A stretch of DNA of 61,758 nucleotides, the filler included, from Sphacelaria rigidula (lineage: Eukaryota): the NCBI GenBank assembly GCA_964200075.2. It is 11 parts of 11 records of this genome, joined end to end, with 100 filler letters (N's around TTAATTAATTAA, not from the genome) between each part and the next. Parts side by side here need not be neighbours in the genome. Positions count along the whole stretch, not along the records: positions 11,249 to 16,772 come from CAXNAA020026638.1; positions 16,873 to 22,396 come from CAXNAA020026639.1; positions 22,497 to 28,020 come from CAXNAA020026640.1; 8 more parts are not named here. One strand, 5' to 3'. The position numbers and the translations under genes were made by a program. Shown here piece after piece: positions 11,429 to 23,685 of this stretch (its first letter is position 1; each line of letters opens with the position of its first letter). Under the pieces are notes generated by a model, which was given only the letters and a program-made list of their open reading frames with translations, did not search any database and was not told the DNA's origin.

Positions 11429-13349
11429 TTATAACTACTCCGACATTGGCATATCTTCGGGGTAATTCACGCAAATCTGTACGCCACGAGCCTTACGCCA
11501 CGCCGAAGACGAGAAAATTGCAGGATCTAAAGACTAGAGTTGACTGCCGGATAACCATGCCGTGAAGTTCGGAAAATAGGCGAAACCTGGTATTTCGAAG
11601 ACGCCTTGTTGCTTGGGGGAAATCTCTCCCGCCTTTTCCGATCATAGCAACCAATTTCGCGCGTCCTCTCTTCCCGGAATCTCAGTTACACTAGGATTAC
11701 GTACCACTGCAAACAGAGAGTAACTCGGCTGAGACATCGCCGATTGGTGTGACCGATCGCGGGTAGTGTGGGATTCGAACTGGATCTGAAAACACAAAGA
11801 AACCGATCACTGGTTGATGAGAAAGCTTATGGGCCATTCCTTGATCAACCACTGACCGCTATCCTACCGGACACTGAAGGACCCCTACATCATAGGATAG
11901 TAGGATGTTCAATCACCACGCGATCTTTGAATAGGTATCCGGCGCCCACCCTTTTGTACGAGGCTGACAATACGCAAGGCTACACATTTACACTTTTACG
12001 AGGAAAGGGTGGGGCACCCTACGGTCAAGCCAACGATCACCGAGGGAAGAAAATAGGTGAACGGACCTGGAACAGCCAAAAACCTGAAACGAAGAAAACT
12101 AACGAAAACGAAAACAAAAAAATATACAAAATGAAATGAACCATGTCAAGGCGAACCAAGTTGGACAGATCCAGGCCGAACAAAATCAAAACCGAAACCA
12201 AAGAACACAAAATCAAAGGCCGTAAACAGACAGGGAAACGACGATGAAAATGAAAAATTTTGGGAACACAAGAGAAGAACCGACCGCGTATCAAGGGGAA
12301 GAAAAAAAACGGAAGGTTGAAATCTAAATGCGTAGAGAAATAATATCGAATTGCTGTTCGCTCTCACGCTACAGGACAAAACGTCCTTTTCTACTCTCTG
12401 CCTTGTCGACTGTCATTCTCTGCTTCTTTCGCATTATTATGCCGTCTCCTACTTCATAGCCGTCGACGTCACAGGCTTGCTCGTCCAGGCCACTTGCTCT
12501 CTACGTGACAACTCCTCTCGGTCCCCGTCGCCGTGTCTGACTTTCCAAAAGCATTTGCTGCAGGTGACCACCCTGCCCCTTCTGCGTAACCCCACCGAAA
12601 TCCTTCAAGAATGTGAAACCCACGAGGAACAGGTTCAGAGCATCATTGCGCCACAAGGGAGCATGGCGTAAGTCTAGACGGGACGGGGTGTTGGATGACT
12701 TAGCGCGATGGTACAGAGGCCAGAGGTCGTGCATCCCGTCGAGTTGCAAGGGTGTGAAGCTCTCCAGTACTTTGCTCTCTGGAAGCCATTCCGACACGGG
12801 TCCGTTCTGCGTCTTTCCTCGGTAATCCCAACTCTTGGTTCCTGTCAGAGATGTGGATTGTAGACTATCTATCAGGGTACGGAGGTGGAATTTTGGTTTC
12901 TGTGGTGCCCAGGCAAATAGGGCAACCCCATCAGCGATTGAGTGTTTCACGTGTCGCGGGCGGGCGTGATACGGCTCGACGTCTGACGGAGCTCTCTTGC
13001 GACTACGTAGTTTACGTTCTCACTCACTACCTCCACGATGAGCTCTACCATCAATAATATTGTTCTCCCCTCCACGATCCCGTGTACTTGTCGTGTTGCA
13101 AGTTTCTGCCTCTTTCATCCCCACACGTTAAACTCTCTCTCTTGAACCACTACCAGGTCTCCTTCCCTGACTGGCACACCGACTAACGGTCTAGAGATGG
13201 TGGCGTTACCGTTTGCTTGTCGTGCCTGCCTGTCGTTTTCTCCGGCACCAGCTCACCTTCCGTACGTTCTATTTGTGCTTTTCGACAAAAGTGCCCCGTC
13301 CTTTGCTCGATATTATTTCTTCTGAAAGAGGTACGAGCGAATCTAACAA

Positions 13350-15080
13350 TGTGTGCGGTTTGCGGCCAAACAGTAAATCAAAGGGCGACATGTCGCAGGG
13401 GAGCGACATGTCAGTCCACGTGCGCTTGGTCCAAATAGCGGGTGAGACGTCTTCATCCCACCTTTGAGGCCGTGACCTGAAACGCCTCAACCGCATATCC
13501 AACAGCAGCCATCCCCCCAGTCTTTCGACTGTGCCCTGGCGCCCATAGAACGGGAATGCGTGGTCATCCTGTGGGATTTCCAGTATTTCAGGCCGTATCT
13601 AGTCGCTGGGAGGTTCAAGTTGATCACCGATTGTTCGGCACTCATCATAATATTTTCGTTCGACCGTCGCGCCTTACCCCAAGCTATACAGGGGAGCCCT
13701 CAGGTTAATGGAAGACGACATCAAGCTACACTAGCAAGTGGGATCCTAGCATTTACTAGTGGATGCCTTATCCCGTCTGTCGCACACGACTGAATCACAA
13801 GCCGACAGACTATTTCACGTCAGGTTTGCCAGCGGAGTTCACGGGTTTCCCGGGGCCATAGCTTGCAGAATAACGACCGTTGGAGTTGCCGCCTGGTAGT
13901 GCAGATAGGTCCACAAACACCTCCACAAATATGCTCTCGCTAACCAACCTTTACATACCAGCTGATCTCGCCTCCCTGAAGTCATATCCCTTCGCAGATT
14001 GCGCAGAATTCGATGGTTACCGACCTGCCCGCTGTTCTAACCGAATCTGCACATCGTCTGCACAATTACAACCCCTCGACGTTGTGTACACAGCTCCTCC
14101 GTTACCCACTCTCCAGGTGTGAGATCCGAGACCGCCTGCAGTACCGTCACCGATCGAGGTTCCGTCATACGTGCCAGCTCCGGTCATTCCGTCGACAGTT
14201 AGCGAACAACTGAAGGTAGGCGAGGTGCTTTCAACAGGAGAGGAGGTGTCGAGTTCATCCGCATACATCCGCCTGATGGTCATGGCGGCAGTTGATCATA
14301 ACTTGTTGATCCTTGCCAGCACAACCAACCTGGAGTGCCACCAACAAGGAGACTTATTTCTGGAACAGGTGCATTCAAACATAGGAGGGGCGGAACAGCC
14401 GAATCGGTGGAAGAGCCGCCAAATGTTTCCAACAGAGCAGTCGGACTACAAGATAGACAGGCAAGGCATACTGCGACACATGGGAGTCGAAGACACGTAG
14501 TTGCTTCCCTCTTTCGAAAACAGTGACAACCGGCCTGTAAGCACTCATTCAAACATTTCACGGACATGCCGGAGTGGGCGCCACGCTAGCCTTGACGCCT
14601 AACCGCTTTCATTGCCGAATGCTTACGAAGGGCCCCAGACAATACGTGCTGCCACGCAGTTGCAAGAGGCGCAAGAAAGCTAGCGGTCGTCAAATGGCAA
14701 CGGGGCCGGGGCGTGCGATAGATCCATGGGACGAGCTAGAGATTGACTAGCATGTGACTAATGTGGCGTCACATCCACACAACCAGCACATCAGGCCGAG
14801 GCGTGCGATAGACTCATCGGACGAACTAGAGATCGACGAGCTGGCGATTGATGTAACGTCACGTTCACACAACAAGTAAGTACCCTCCCATTGGGTTTCC
14901 TCTACCATCGAAACAAGTCGGTGGGGTAGCCCGTATCCCCGCGGAAATTGTGCCCAACCTTCGGTGCCGCCTAAAGGATTGGCTATGACAGAGGCAAGAA
15001 ATGCAGGGCCGGCGTAGTCACTCATCTGTGCAGGTGGTTCGAATCTGGCATCGCTTCCGGATCGTCCGATCATCCAAGTA
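13350..15080 (+). mobile_element. Decayed Ty3/gypsy LTR retrotransposon gag-pol relic
   Basis: Degenerate Zn knuckle CAVCGQTVNQRATC (~13350); RNase H VILWDFQYFRPYLVAGRFKLITDCSAL and KLYRGALRLMEDDIKL...DALSRL (13560-13780); integrase HHCC-like HGHAGVGATL...QYVL..SCKRRK (~14560-14680); integrase core FGAA*RIGYDRG...HLCRW...DHP (~14960-15080). RNase H before integrase is the gypsy order. Many stops and frameshifts. Confidence 0.85.
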
Positions 15081-15509
15081 GGAGCACTTTGGTCAGTACA
15101 TCACATTTTGCCTGTGAAAACCCGAGTTCGATGCTCGGGTTGATCATCTTGTAATAGCCGCGTGCTCTGGGTGCACAGAAAATGCATACAAGCACACAAG
15201 TACAAACGGCCAGCGCGCTCATATTAGACGAGTCTAGATGCTCCAGGACACAGGACGGGGAGGTCCGATGCAGTACCGTACCCAACATAGACTCGCGTGT
15301 ATGTGCGGTGAAGGAGTCTTGAACACAAGTGGGATCGCTCCGAGTAGCGAACTGATTGCTTCGTTGGGCTTCCTAGCTGGGTTTAGCTAAAGTTGTGCAC
15401 GGCGGGGGGGTGCACTCTACAGCCGATCGGGATTCGAGACTCACATTGCGAATGGAACACGACATACCGCACAAGGTACGCGTAAGAATTCGAAACGCCT
15501 TTTTCTCAC

Positions 15510-15935
15510 ACGGGTGATATCAAACAACATGTTCGTGAGAGGAGGAATGGATTCTTTTTCGCAACGGGAGGTTTTTCGTGATCCACACCAAGACGTTCGA
15601 ATCGTCCGAAACGGCCGCCATCTTCCTGATAAGACCGTGACTTGACGGGAATTTTGGTGGAATCAGATTTGAAATCTGTGACGCCTTTCATGAGATACGG
15701 CCAAAAATGTGCAAAACATCTTTTGTTTCTTTGGATAAATTTTCCCTTATGATAACTCTCCACTGACCACGTCGATTTTGAACGTTTTTGAACCAAACCT
15801 TTTGTCAGATCTCGAGATTTTAGCGTGGGACGACGGTCGTGTAGGATCGTTCGAATGTCTTGGTGGAATTACTCAAAACCTTTTTCCCAGTGAAAGAAAC
15901 CAATTTCTAATGTCACGAACATGCTGTTTTCAGCC
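15510..15935. mobile_element. Foldback/MITE with long imperfect inverted arms
   Basis: AAACAACATGTTCGTGA...CACCAAGACGTTCGAATCGTCC (15521-15606) matches the reverse complement of GGATCGTTCGAATGTCTTGGTG...TCACGAACATGCTGTTT (15844-15929); weaker pairing continues inward. Confidence 0.7.
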
Positions 15936-16680
15936 TCAACAAGCATTCAGACACAGCTTGCAAAACGTCCCGCTGATAGTGTTCTGGAACCTCCCTCTGG
16001 AAACTTTCTACTCTGTCGGCAAATACCCGCAGATGACCTCGATGCTTTTACTCTCGAGCCTCCTCCTGAAAACCTTCTGTACTCCCATTCACCATACCAA
16101 TGCCATCACCATGATGCGTCAGTATTCTACAGGCAGCATATAAATTCAATTCAGACCACGTCATGTGCAACTCTGCCTCGGACCCTGATCCTGATGTCAT
16201 GAGGATTTACGTGCCACGGTACTAGCATTTGAGTGGGATTTATCAGTCAAGTAGAATATCAGCGCTCATGTCAGACTAATACCACCATAGCCCCCCCCCC
16301 TCAAAACCAGCCCAAAACTGTTTCGAAGAAATGGCCACACGGCGCATGATGTTTGGTTTCAGGCTGCATGAAGCACCTCATGTGGGCGACGTTGGCGAAC
16401 ACAAACCGAACACGTATAATGCTCGGCTTTTTTCATTTCGACTCACGTATAATGCCGCCGCGCTCCGGTGGTGTAATGATCCGACTGTCGCCATTAGGGT
16501 GGAGAGAACGAGGATTAACTTTCCTGATGCGTCGGGTTTTTTCTTCGTAGTATGTGGTTTTCACCGTGGAAAGCGTGAGAACGTGAGTAAAGAAAGAAGT
16601 TGATTTAGTTTGTTTGACGTGAGTTGACGCGGTGCGGGAATGCGGACCCGATCCGCGAGACCAAAATGCAAGGCGTGTAC

Positions 16681-16763
16681 GGGGGGGGGGGGGGGGGCGT
16701 ACTCATTGGTTGCTTGCCTTAGTGGTTCGCCCATTTCCCACGCCTCCCTTTCGAGCCGGAGCA
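16681..16763 (-). repeat. ~75-bp poly-C-flanked dispersed repeat, copy 2
   Basis: Diverged reverse complement of copy 1, at a contig end. Confidence 0.85.
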
Positions 16764-16980
16764 CAGGCGTGTNNNNNNNNNNNNNNNNNNNNNNNNNNNN
16801 NNNNNNNNNNNNNNNNTTAATTAATTAANNNNNNNNNNNNNNNNNNNNNNNNNNNNNNNNNNNNNNNNNNNNGAGAGGCTCAAAAAAAAAAAAACCAAAA
16901 AAAAAAAACCCCCCCCCCCCGGAACACCCCCCCCCTAAAAAAGGGCGCCCCCCCCCCCCCCCCCCCCCCCCCTCCAAAAA

Positions 16981-17050
16981 AATGCTCCGTCTCGAAAGGG
17001 ACGCGTGACCAATGGTCACACGACAAAGGCAAGCAACAAATGAGTACGCT
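16981..17050 (+). repeat. ~75-bp poly-C-flanked dispersed repeat, copy 3
   Basis: AATGCTCCGTCTCGAAAGGGACGCGTGACCAATGGTCACACGACAAAGGCAAGCAACAAATGAGTACGC, near a contig start. Confidence 0.9.
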
Positions 17051-17789
17051 TCCCGCCTCCAAAAAGAACACCTCCTCATGTTGATTCCGCAAGTTTTGCA
17101 GTTATTTCTCTAGCCGAAAATTCCTCTGGTTTGAACGTAACTGACCCACAAAGCACGAGCATAAACATAACAAGGGATTGCCGCACCTCACGTAGTGCTG
17201 TACGTGCTGCGAGCGTAGGAAGCCTAGTGCAGGTGTTGTATGGAGTATGTTACCCATTACCCGGGGCGGCGAGAATCTGAGCCTAGATCTTCCCGTATAC
17301 CCAGTCTTGTAGCGTCATTTGAATACTCCGTCGAGATCTTTGGTCGGTACAGGGGATCTTGCGGCAGTACGCGGCGTTGATCGCAGGAAAAACCAAGGGT
17401 GTGTTTTTCATCATCACGGTTGATATGCACCGTGAGTTACGATAGATGGACACGCTAACGAAATAACATATCATGCACAGGGACGAGATATTCCCGACGG
17501 GGGGGGGGGGGTTAGCCCTGGCTGCAGCTGTAGATGAATGCTAGATCGTCTGGGAATATAGTGGCCATGTTCGTCCCCATGTTCGAAGTTTTTTGCCCTG
17601 TTCACCTCTCTTTTTTTTTAAGGGAACTATTCTTTAAACCTGTGATCGCGACGGTAGATCACCTGCTGAATCGGCATCAATTTCACTTGAGAAAAGTATT
17701 GTGATGCAGATGGACTACCCGCATCACGGTCTAAGGGGTAAATTCAATCGGTCCTGTCTTGGATTTTGCCGATATATTGGATAATGCAG

Positions 17790-20700
17790 GGAGATGGACA
17801 GGAACAGAAGCTTCCCATGGCCTCTGCTTCGCGATTTCCTTTGTGGATCATCGAAGACGACCCAGGAGGGCAGCGGCGGGCTGTTCAGGTACCCGGAGAG
17901 AGCAGCGACGGCGGCTGGGTCAACCCTCGCAGGTGCGTAATATTTTGTATTCATCGAGAAAAACTTTGCGTGCGTGTGTGTGTGTGTGTTCCCAAGTAAT
18001 GTTTGCGAAGCGATGCTTTTTGAGCCGTGCGTGTGGGATCTTCTCTTGGACTGCGAGTATATGCAGCACATAGACCAGCTATCAATAGCTTTTTCGCCGG
18101 TTCATTCCACTGTGTGCTGTATGCAGGCGTTTTGGTGAATGTGTTGGCTAGTTACACGAAGAAAAAAGGACGACTCCGAAATATGTTGCGGTTTTGGTCA
18201 TTCCTTGTGCTGATTGATATCTCTCCCCTACCCCAAGAAAGGACTCTTACAGTCAGTCTATTAATTGTTTGTTTGTTCCTGTCCTCTGATGCAATTTTGC
18301 TTAATCCACAACGTACGGCCACAGCTACGATGAGATGTGGGTACCAGTGGACAGCCCGGCACCGACCATGAAGCTGTGTTTGGGCATGCTGACCAAGGAT
18401 GGCCAACCCAGGTATTTACTTTTCTAGGTTGAACAATTACTTGCGCTCCATGTGTGAGTGATCACGCCAACAAAACACCCACCTGGTGAGCGAGCTCGGG
18501 GTGCTCGTCCACCCGTGACTCACCGTCTTTCTTAGAGGTCGTGAAAAGGACGGTAACGCTTCCTTTACTGAAGAAGGGGGGCGATATGGCACCTGTACAA
18601 ACGCGCGCCATGCAAAGGAACTTTTTGCAGTGCCACCGCTAGAGTTCCCTCTGTGTCTATCGAAGGTGGCCGGAACGTAGCGGTTATCCCATCATGTGGT
18701 ATACTCTCTAATGCGTCTGCCGTGTTCCTGAAAAAAATGATGTCATTTTCCTCCACGGATACCTTGGGCTGTTGTTTGACGCTTGGCATCCCCTTATTAA
18801 TAGTTTCTTTTACAGGCTGGTTTCAGGGTGAACGACCAAAAATTAATCCCCAGTATTTTGTCACGCCGTTTTTTCGAGTTTGACCCTGAAATGTTTGCGC
18901 ATGGGTGCTCGGGGATATTTAGGAACTCTGTACTTTATTTTATTTTATTTGGTACTGCTCACCGCCTCCTGGGACCCCGGATACTGGCGAAAAAAACAAA
19001 AAAAACGAAACATTCATACACTCAAAATCCCAGAGCACCCATGTGCAAAATTTCTGGGCCAAACTCGAAAAATCGGTGTCAGAAATAGCCCGTATGTGCG
19101 TTGAAGTATTCAAAGGTACGCGGAACCCCTCTACTTACTTGATTCTAGAATGCTACAGACGTTTTCCATGTACGCTTGAACTTGCATCGACCATTTGGGA
19201 TCAGCTTTTCGAGTTACGCAACCAAAAATTGTACAAAAAGTCTATTTGGAATGCCTCAGGGTGAGTCAAATTTATTTATTTTTATTTGAAGCAATATGTG
19301 CCGACTTCTACGGGATCTTCACGCGGGAACCCCCGGAAGCCGGTAGAGAGCCGATAAACTTTAATATACTCTTCAACGTTTTTTTTTAATCATTTGCAGC
19401 ATCCACATCTACCAAATTGCCAAGTTTGAGGATGATCGGAGATTTTTTACGGCAGTTACAAGGGAAGGCGTCAAGAGGTTTTCTGCATCTTTGATGCATA
19501 CCATCGGTAGAAATGGACAAGATTCCACGTCACCGAAATACCATGTTTTGGAGCATAACTCGAACCCATACCAACCATTTTAAAATCTATTTTTCGCGTA
19601 AGATTCCCTAGCTGATGACGGTTAATAAAATTCGGTGCGTGATCATATTGGGTACAAATTGTGCTGGGATTTCGCAGTTTTAATTTCAGAACAACTCGAA
19701 GGCGCTTGATTGGCCGAAAAAACATTTTTACTACCAGCGCCACCGCAAAAGGCGCAAGGGAAAAGCTGGCAATATCACACTGTGCGCTTGCTCGTGGGCG
19801 TGACTATGATATCAAACATGTTTCTATCGGGTCAGTCTTGCGTTCTGTATCTAGTAGAGAAAAAAATTGGGGCATTCTCGCTCAAGCAACCTGTACTGTG
19901 TTCGTAGATCTGGTTTATTTATTTTCACCACACCCCGACCAACTCGGGGAAACGCTTGTTCTCTCTCCTGTTTTCTTCAAATTTTATTTTATTTTCGTTT
20001 TGTTTTTTTGCATCTCGTAGGAAAACGCTCAATGAGCGCTCGTGTCTCATCCAAGGAACGGTCATGACGGTACTCGAAAGACGAGCCTACTTCTGTGACA
20101 ACGAGTTCGAGAGATCGGGCTAATGTGCGGAAAAAACAACATATAATAACGTGGAGATCACACGGCTATATCGCACGGAAATTGCAATACAGCGACCCAA
20201 TGAAACATGTATCTGCCCCCAAAGGGTCTCGGGTATAGGTTTGATATCCCGGGGTGGGTGCACATGCGTCCCTTTCCTATTTTTTGTTTTCCTTTTCCTT
20301 GTTCTTTATTTCCGTTCCCTCTTCGTCTCCTGTTTTCGATACGAGTGGTGCCACGGTAGGGATGCACAAGAAATATTATCCGGTTTTTGAAGTATTGCCC
20401 TTTTATCTTCCCCCCTCCAAAATATTGAAGGAATATATATATATATATATATATGTGTGTGAGAGCATGCCACGATTATCATTACAATGAGTTGCTGCAG
20501 GGATATCCCGAATGAAATTTAAAAACAGACATGTCCTGATCCATATTCTTATGGTGCTCGTAAATTTAGGAGATACTCAATGAGAGCATTCCGGGCCCCA
20601 ATGTGCAACCCCTGCCGGGGTATGATTCATGCCTTGGATCATCAAGTGTGATTTCAAAAGTAAAAGCGATAATTGTTGGAATCAATTTTTGCATGGCTGG

Positions 20701-21800
20701 ATCGGCTGATTGACGCACAATAGCTGGCCCGCTACAAGTCCAGCCGTGAGTTCACAAGATACAATACTGTATGTTCCATTTTGTTTCACCAATTCTCAGT
20801 TCTCCTCTGCAGGACTGTGGAGACGCCCATCACTCGGTGACGGTGCGTTGCTCCTGGAGCGGAATTCCACCGTCGTGATCCTTCTCCTACCGCCGACCGT
20901 GTGTCCCATCCATGTCGTGTGCCTCAGAATCGCTCAGCAAAGCCTTCCCAAGTAAAAATCATTAGTGAGCGTGAAGCATTATTACGATCTCGGAACTCCT
21001 CCCGTTGCACCTGTCAGTGACGCCTTACCCGTTCATGGCTCTAACTCGCTAAACGTCTCCCGCCGCGCGCAAACTCTTGCGCAATCAAACGTGCCGTTTA
21101 TGGATCGACTCTCCTATTATCACTCTGGTCTTGTGCCTTGTGTCTTGTGTCCCTTGAGTCTGGTGCCCCGTGTGTCTCTGCCCCTTTGTGTCTGTGTCTA
21201 TGTCCGTGTCTTTGTGCCTGTCTCCGTATTCGTCTCCGTCTTGTCTGCCTATCGCACACGCACACACACACTCGCACCCTTTCCCCGCCGCGAACCCCTC
21301 AGAATTTCATTCCGTCACTGAAAAACATACCTATACCTTTTGTTCCCGAAAACAATCTGTGAGTGCGACAATCAGCCATTCCACCCATAAAAACATTGAA
21401 TCTACATCAATATCTGACGGTCAACGAGGGCACTTGTAACCACCTCTCCCCCCTTCCTCCCCGCGCGCCCTTCTTTTCGCTCCTTACGTTCAAGCAAAGG
21501 TACGCCATGCCTGTCGTAGATGTCGTGGTGGATAAGGGCGGTATGAAGTGGCGAAATCGGGGGCTGAACACGGTTCCGTCCGCCCACTGCTGGGAGCCCG
21601 TCAGTCGTGTCGCCTCGGGTGCCTTGCGGATTTCTTGCTACGCCGAGGAAAAAGTACAAGGCAGCAGCACGGACAGCATATGGGGTACTTTGGCGGAGAA
21701 TGTGGCCGTCGCTAGCGCGTTTGCAGACCTCGTGGGCGCCGTCGCGGATCCGCCAGAGGGATTGGATCTTGGGGAAGGGTTCCATTTTCTCGTGGCCGAG
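17790..21800 (+). CDS. Uncharacterised protein, three internal exons (WVNPxS...DGQPRYxxP...WRNRGL motif)
   Basis: Exons 17790-17932, 18325-18411, 21500-21800 have GT-AG boundaries and compatible phases (0/2, 2/2, 2/0), giving ...GWVNPRSYDEMWVPVDSPAPTMKLCLGMLTKDGQPRYAMPVVDVVVDKGGMKWRNRGLNTVPSAHCW...LGEGFHFLVAE with no stops. Confidence 0.8.
18811..20135 (+). mobile_element. Non-coding interspersed repeat (probable non-autonomous DNA transposon) in an intron
   Basis: Starts TACAGGCT like the 30872 copy; shares blocks AGATTCCC(T/G)AGCTGATG(A/G)CGGTTA and GACGGTACT(C/G)GAAAG.CGAGCC...TCGAGAGATCGGGC with 30872-31800. Confidence 0.6.
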
Positions 21801-22265
21801 GTATACGTTTTCGTAGCATCGCGTGGAGGTGTTTTGGTCGATTGATGTTTTCTGTGTGGTGTAGGGGGGGGTGCGTGGGAGTGGGCGCAACGTTTTTTTT
21901 TTCCCTCCTTTTGGGTTCGCTTTGTTTCATTTTGTTTTCCTTTGTTTGGTTGTGTGTTTATCCTTTGTCCCCGTCATGTTTTTTGTTGTTGTTTGTCTAT
22001 GACTGGGGCACATAATCTTCTCTTGTGCCAAGTGCGTACCTTCCCTAGAGGCCTCCTCCCCTCGTACTGTTTATAGTAACTTGGCCAACGACTCACTCAC
22101 TCACTCTCTCTCCTTCTTCTCTGTACGTAAGGGGTGGTATGTGCTTGGGCCCTTCACATTAGATCTTGATTCTTGTCCACGTCATCGAGATAAAGGTATG
22201 TACGTCGTGCACACCAAGTATTCCCACGATGAACCAGGAATGATTGTTTCGCTCCCCCGTCCCGA

Positions 22266-22340
22266 AACGTCTCGAAAGGGGTGCATGGTCAATGGTCACA
22301 CCACTAAGGTAGGCAACAAATGAGTACGCCCCCCCCCCCC
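22266..22340 (+). repeat. ~75-bp poly-C-flanked dispersed repeat, copy 4
   Basis: CGTCTCGAAAGGGGTGCATGGTCAATGGTCACACCACTAAGGTAGGCAACAAATGAGTACG-polyC, at a contig end. Confidence 0.9.
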
Positions 22341-22509
22341 CCCCCCCCCCCCCCCCACCCACAACCACACACCCACCCACACCACCCCCCCCCCCCNNNN
22401 NNNNNNNNNNNNNNNNNNNNNNNNNNNNNNNNNNNNNNNNTTAATTAATTAANNNNNNNNNNNNNNNNNNNNNNNNNNNNNNNNNNNNNNNNNNNNACAG
22501 ATATGCCAC

Positions 22510-22870
22510 TTCAGCCCCATATTTTGTTTGAACCCCAAAATATAAAATCGGCTGTTATGTGAGAAAGGATAGGGAAACTGGAAGCGCGATGCGAAGCAGA
22601 GCGATCTGTAGACCTAGTAATGTTGGAAAATATCCCGGGTTCAAGGAAGTAAGGCAATAGCTTCATCACACCGAAGCATCAATTTAACACCAACTGACTT
22701 GACTCAACATCAATTTTAAGCGACTTGATCACCCTATATTCCTAGTTCAGTGTAACTTCCCTGATCTAATCCAAGTTCGAGAAACTCGATCGTCTCGCCC
22801 CAAAATCAGATAATTCGTCATGTAACAGCGGATCCTGAAAAATGGGGTTGAACACAAAAATGGGCCTCAA
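22510..22870. mobile_element. MITE-like element with imperfect ~28-bp inverted ends
   Basis: TTCAGCCCCATATTTTGTTTGAACCCCA versus reverse complement of TGGGGTTGAACACAAAAATGGGCCTCAA. Confidence 0.5.
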
Positions 22871-23534
22871 CGCCTATTTGGGTTTTTGATAGTTTGGCCG
22901 AAACAGTTCAGTCATGGAAAGCGCTTTCGCTTGTATCCGGGTCCCAAGTAGGTTTGGTAGCTGGTGTGGCTACCGGCGTGCGTCTCGCCGACGACGGCAC
23001 CGGAGTACCCATGACGACGGCAAGGCCCTCGCACGCGTCCTTCGTGTGTTCCTACAACAACACAGCGGTCTCGTCGCTGCCGTACCGCTTCGGTAACCGC
23101 ACGGCACGGTGTGTGGCAGCCGATACGGGTGTGCATCTGTTTGCGTTGTGTGCGGTATTTGCCATCTGCTAATTTGTGGGTTAGGGTTAGAAAGGAAGCC
23201 TGCCGCACGACCAACTGCGGGAATTAACTTGCGCGTGATACAGAGCGGCTATCCGGGCGATTGTGTCCTCCAATTCCTCAGCGGCGCAAGAGCAACGCCT
23301 TATTGTTCGGATGATTTTGATTTTGTTTTGTTTTTCACCTGCTCTCGCGCCTTGGGCAAGGAGGGGCATGGCCAACAGTTGGAGTGGAAAAAGAGAAGAA
23401 GTGAAGCGTGGAAACGCATGCGGCAACGACGAACAAAAACGGTCTAGATCACGCCTCAACACCCTTGCCTGTGCCCTCCGCGCCCTAGTCGCTTTACTGA
23501 CACGCGTGTTGCCGCCTGCAACGAAGCACCAATC

Positions 23535-23685
23535 AACCACCGGCCTCTACTTGACGAAGGGAAAACCAGAGTGGTAACAGTAACCCATGTTCAATGATAC
23601 CAACCACCGGCCTCTACTTTACGAAGGGAAAACCAGAGTAACACTAACCCATATCCAAAAACACTAACCCATGTCCAATGATATA
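23535..23685. repeat. ~66-bp tandem duplication
   Basis: ACCACCGGCCTCTACTT(G/T)ACGAAGGGAAAACCAGAGT...AACCCATGT(T/C)CAATGATA occurs twice, with an extra AACACTAACCCAT subrepeat. Confidence 0.85.

Noticed and set aside
11427..11780. Possible LTR (TGTTATAAC...) and primer-binding site for the gypsy relic
   Set aside because: No second LTR was found, the TG overlaps another repeat's end, and the PBS-like TGG...GGATTCGAAC spacing does not fit a tRNA 3' end.
17353..17400. Extra upstream exon GILRQYAALIAGKTKG of the WRNRGL gene
   Set aside because: The better donor gives the wrong phase and the in-phase donor (GTGTTT) is weak.
23178..23190. GGGTTAGGGTTAG telomere-like sequence
   Set aside because: Only two units and internal to a contig.
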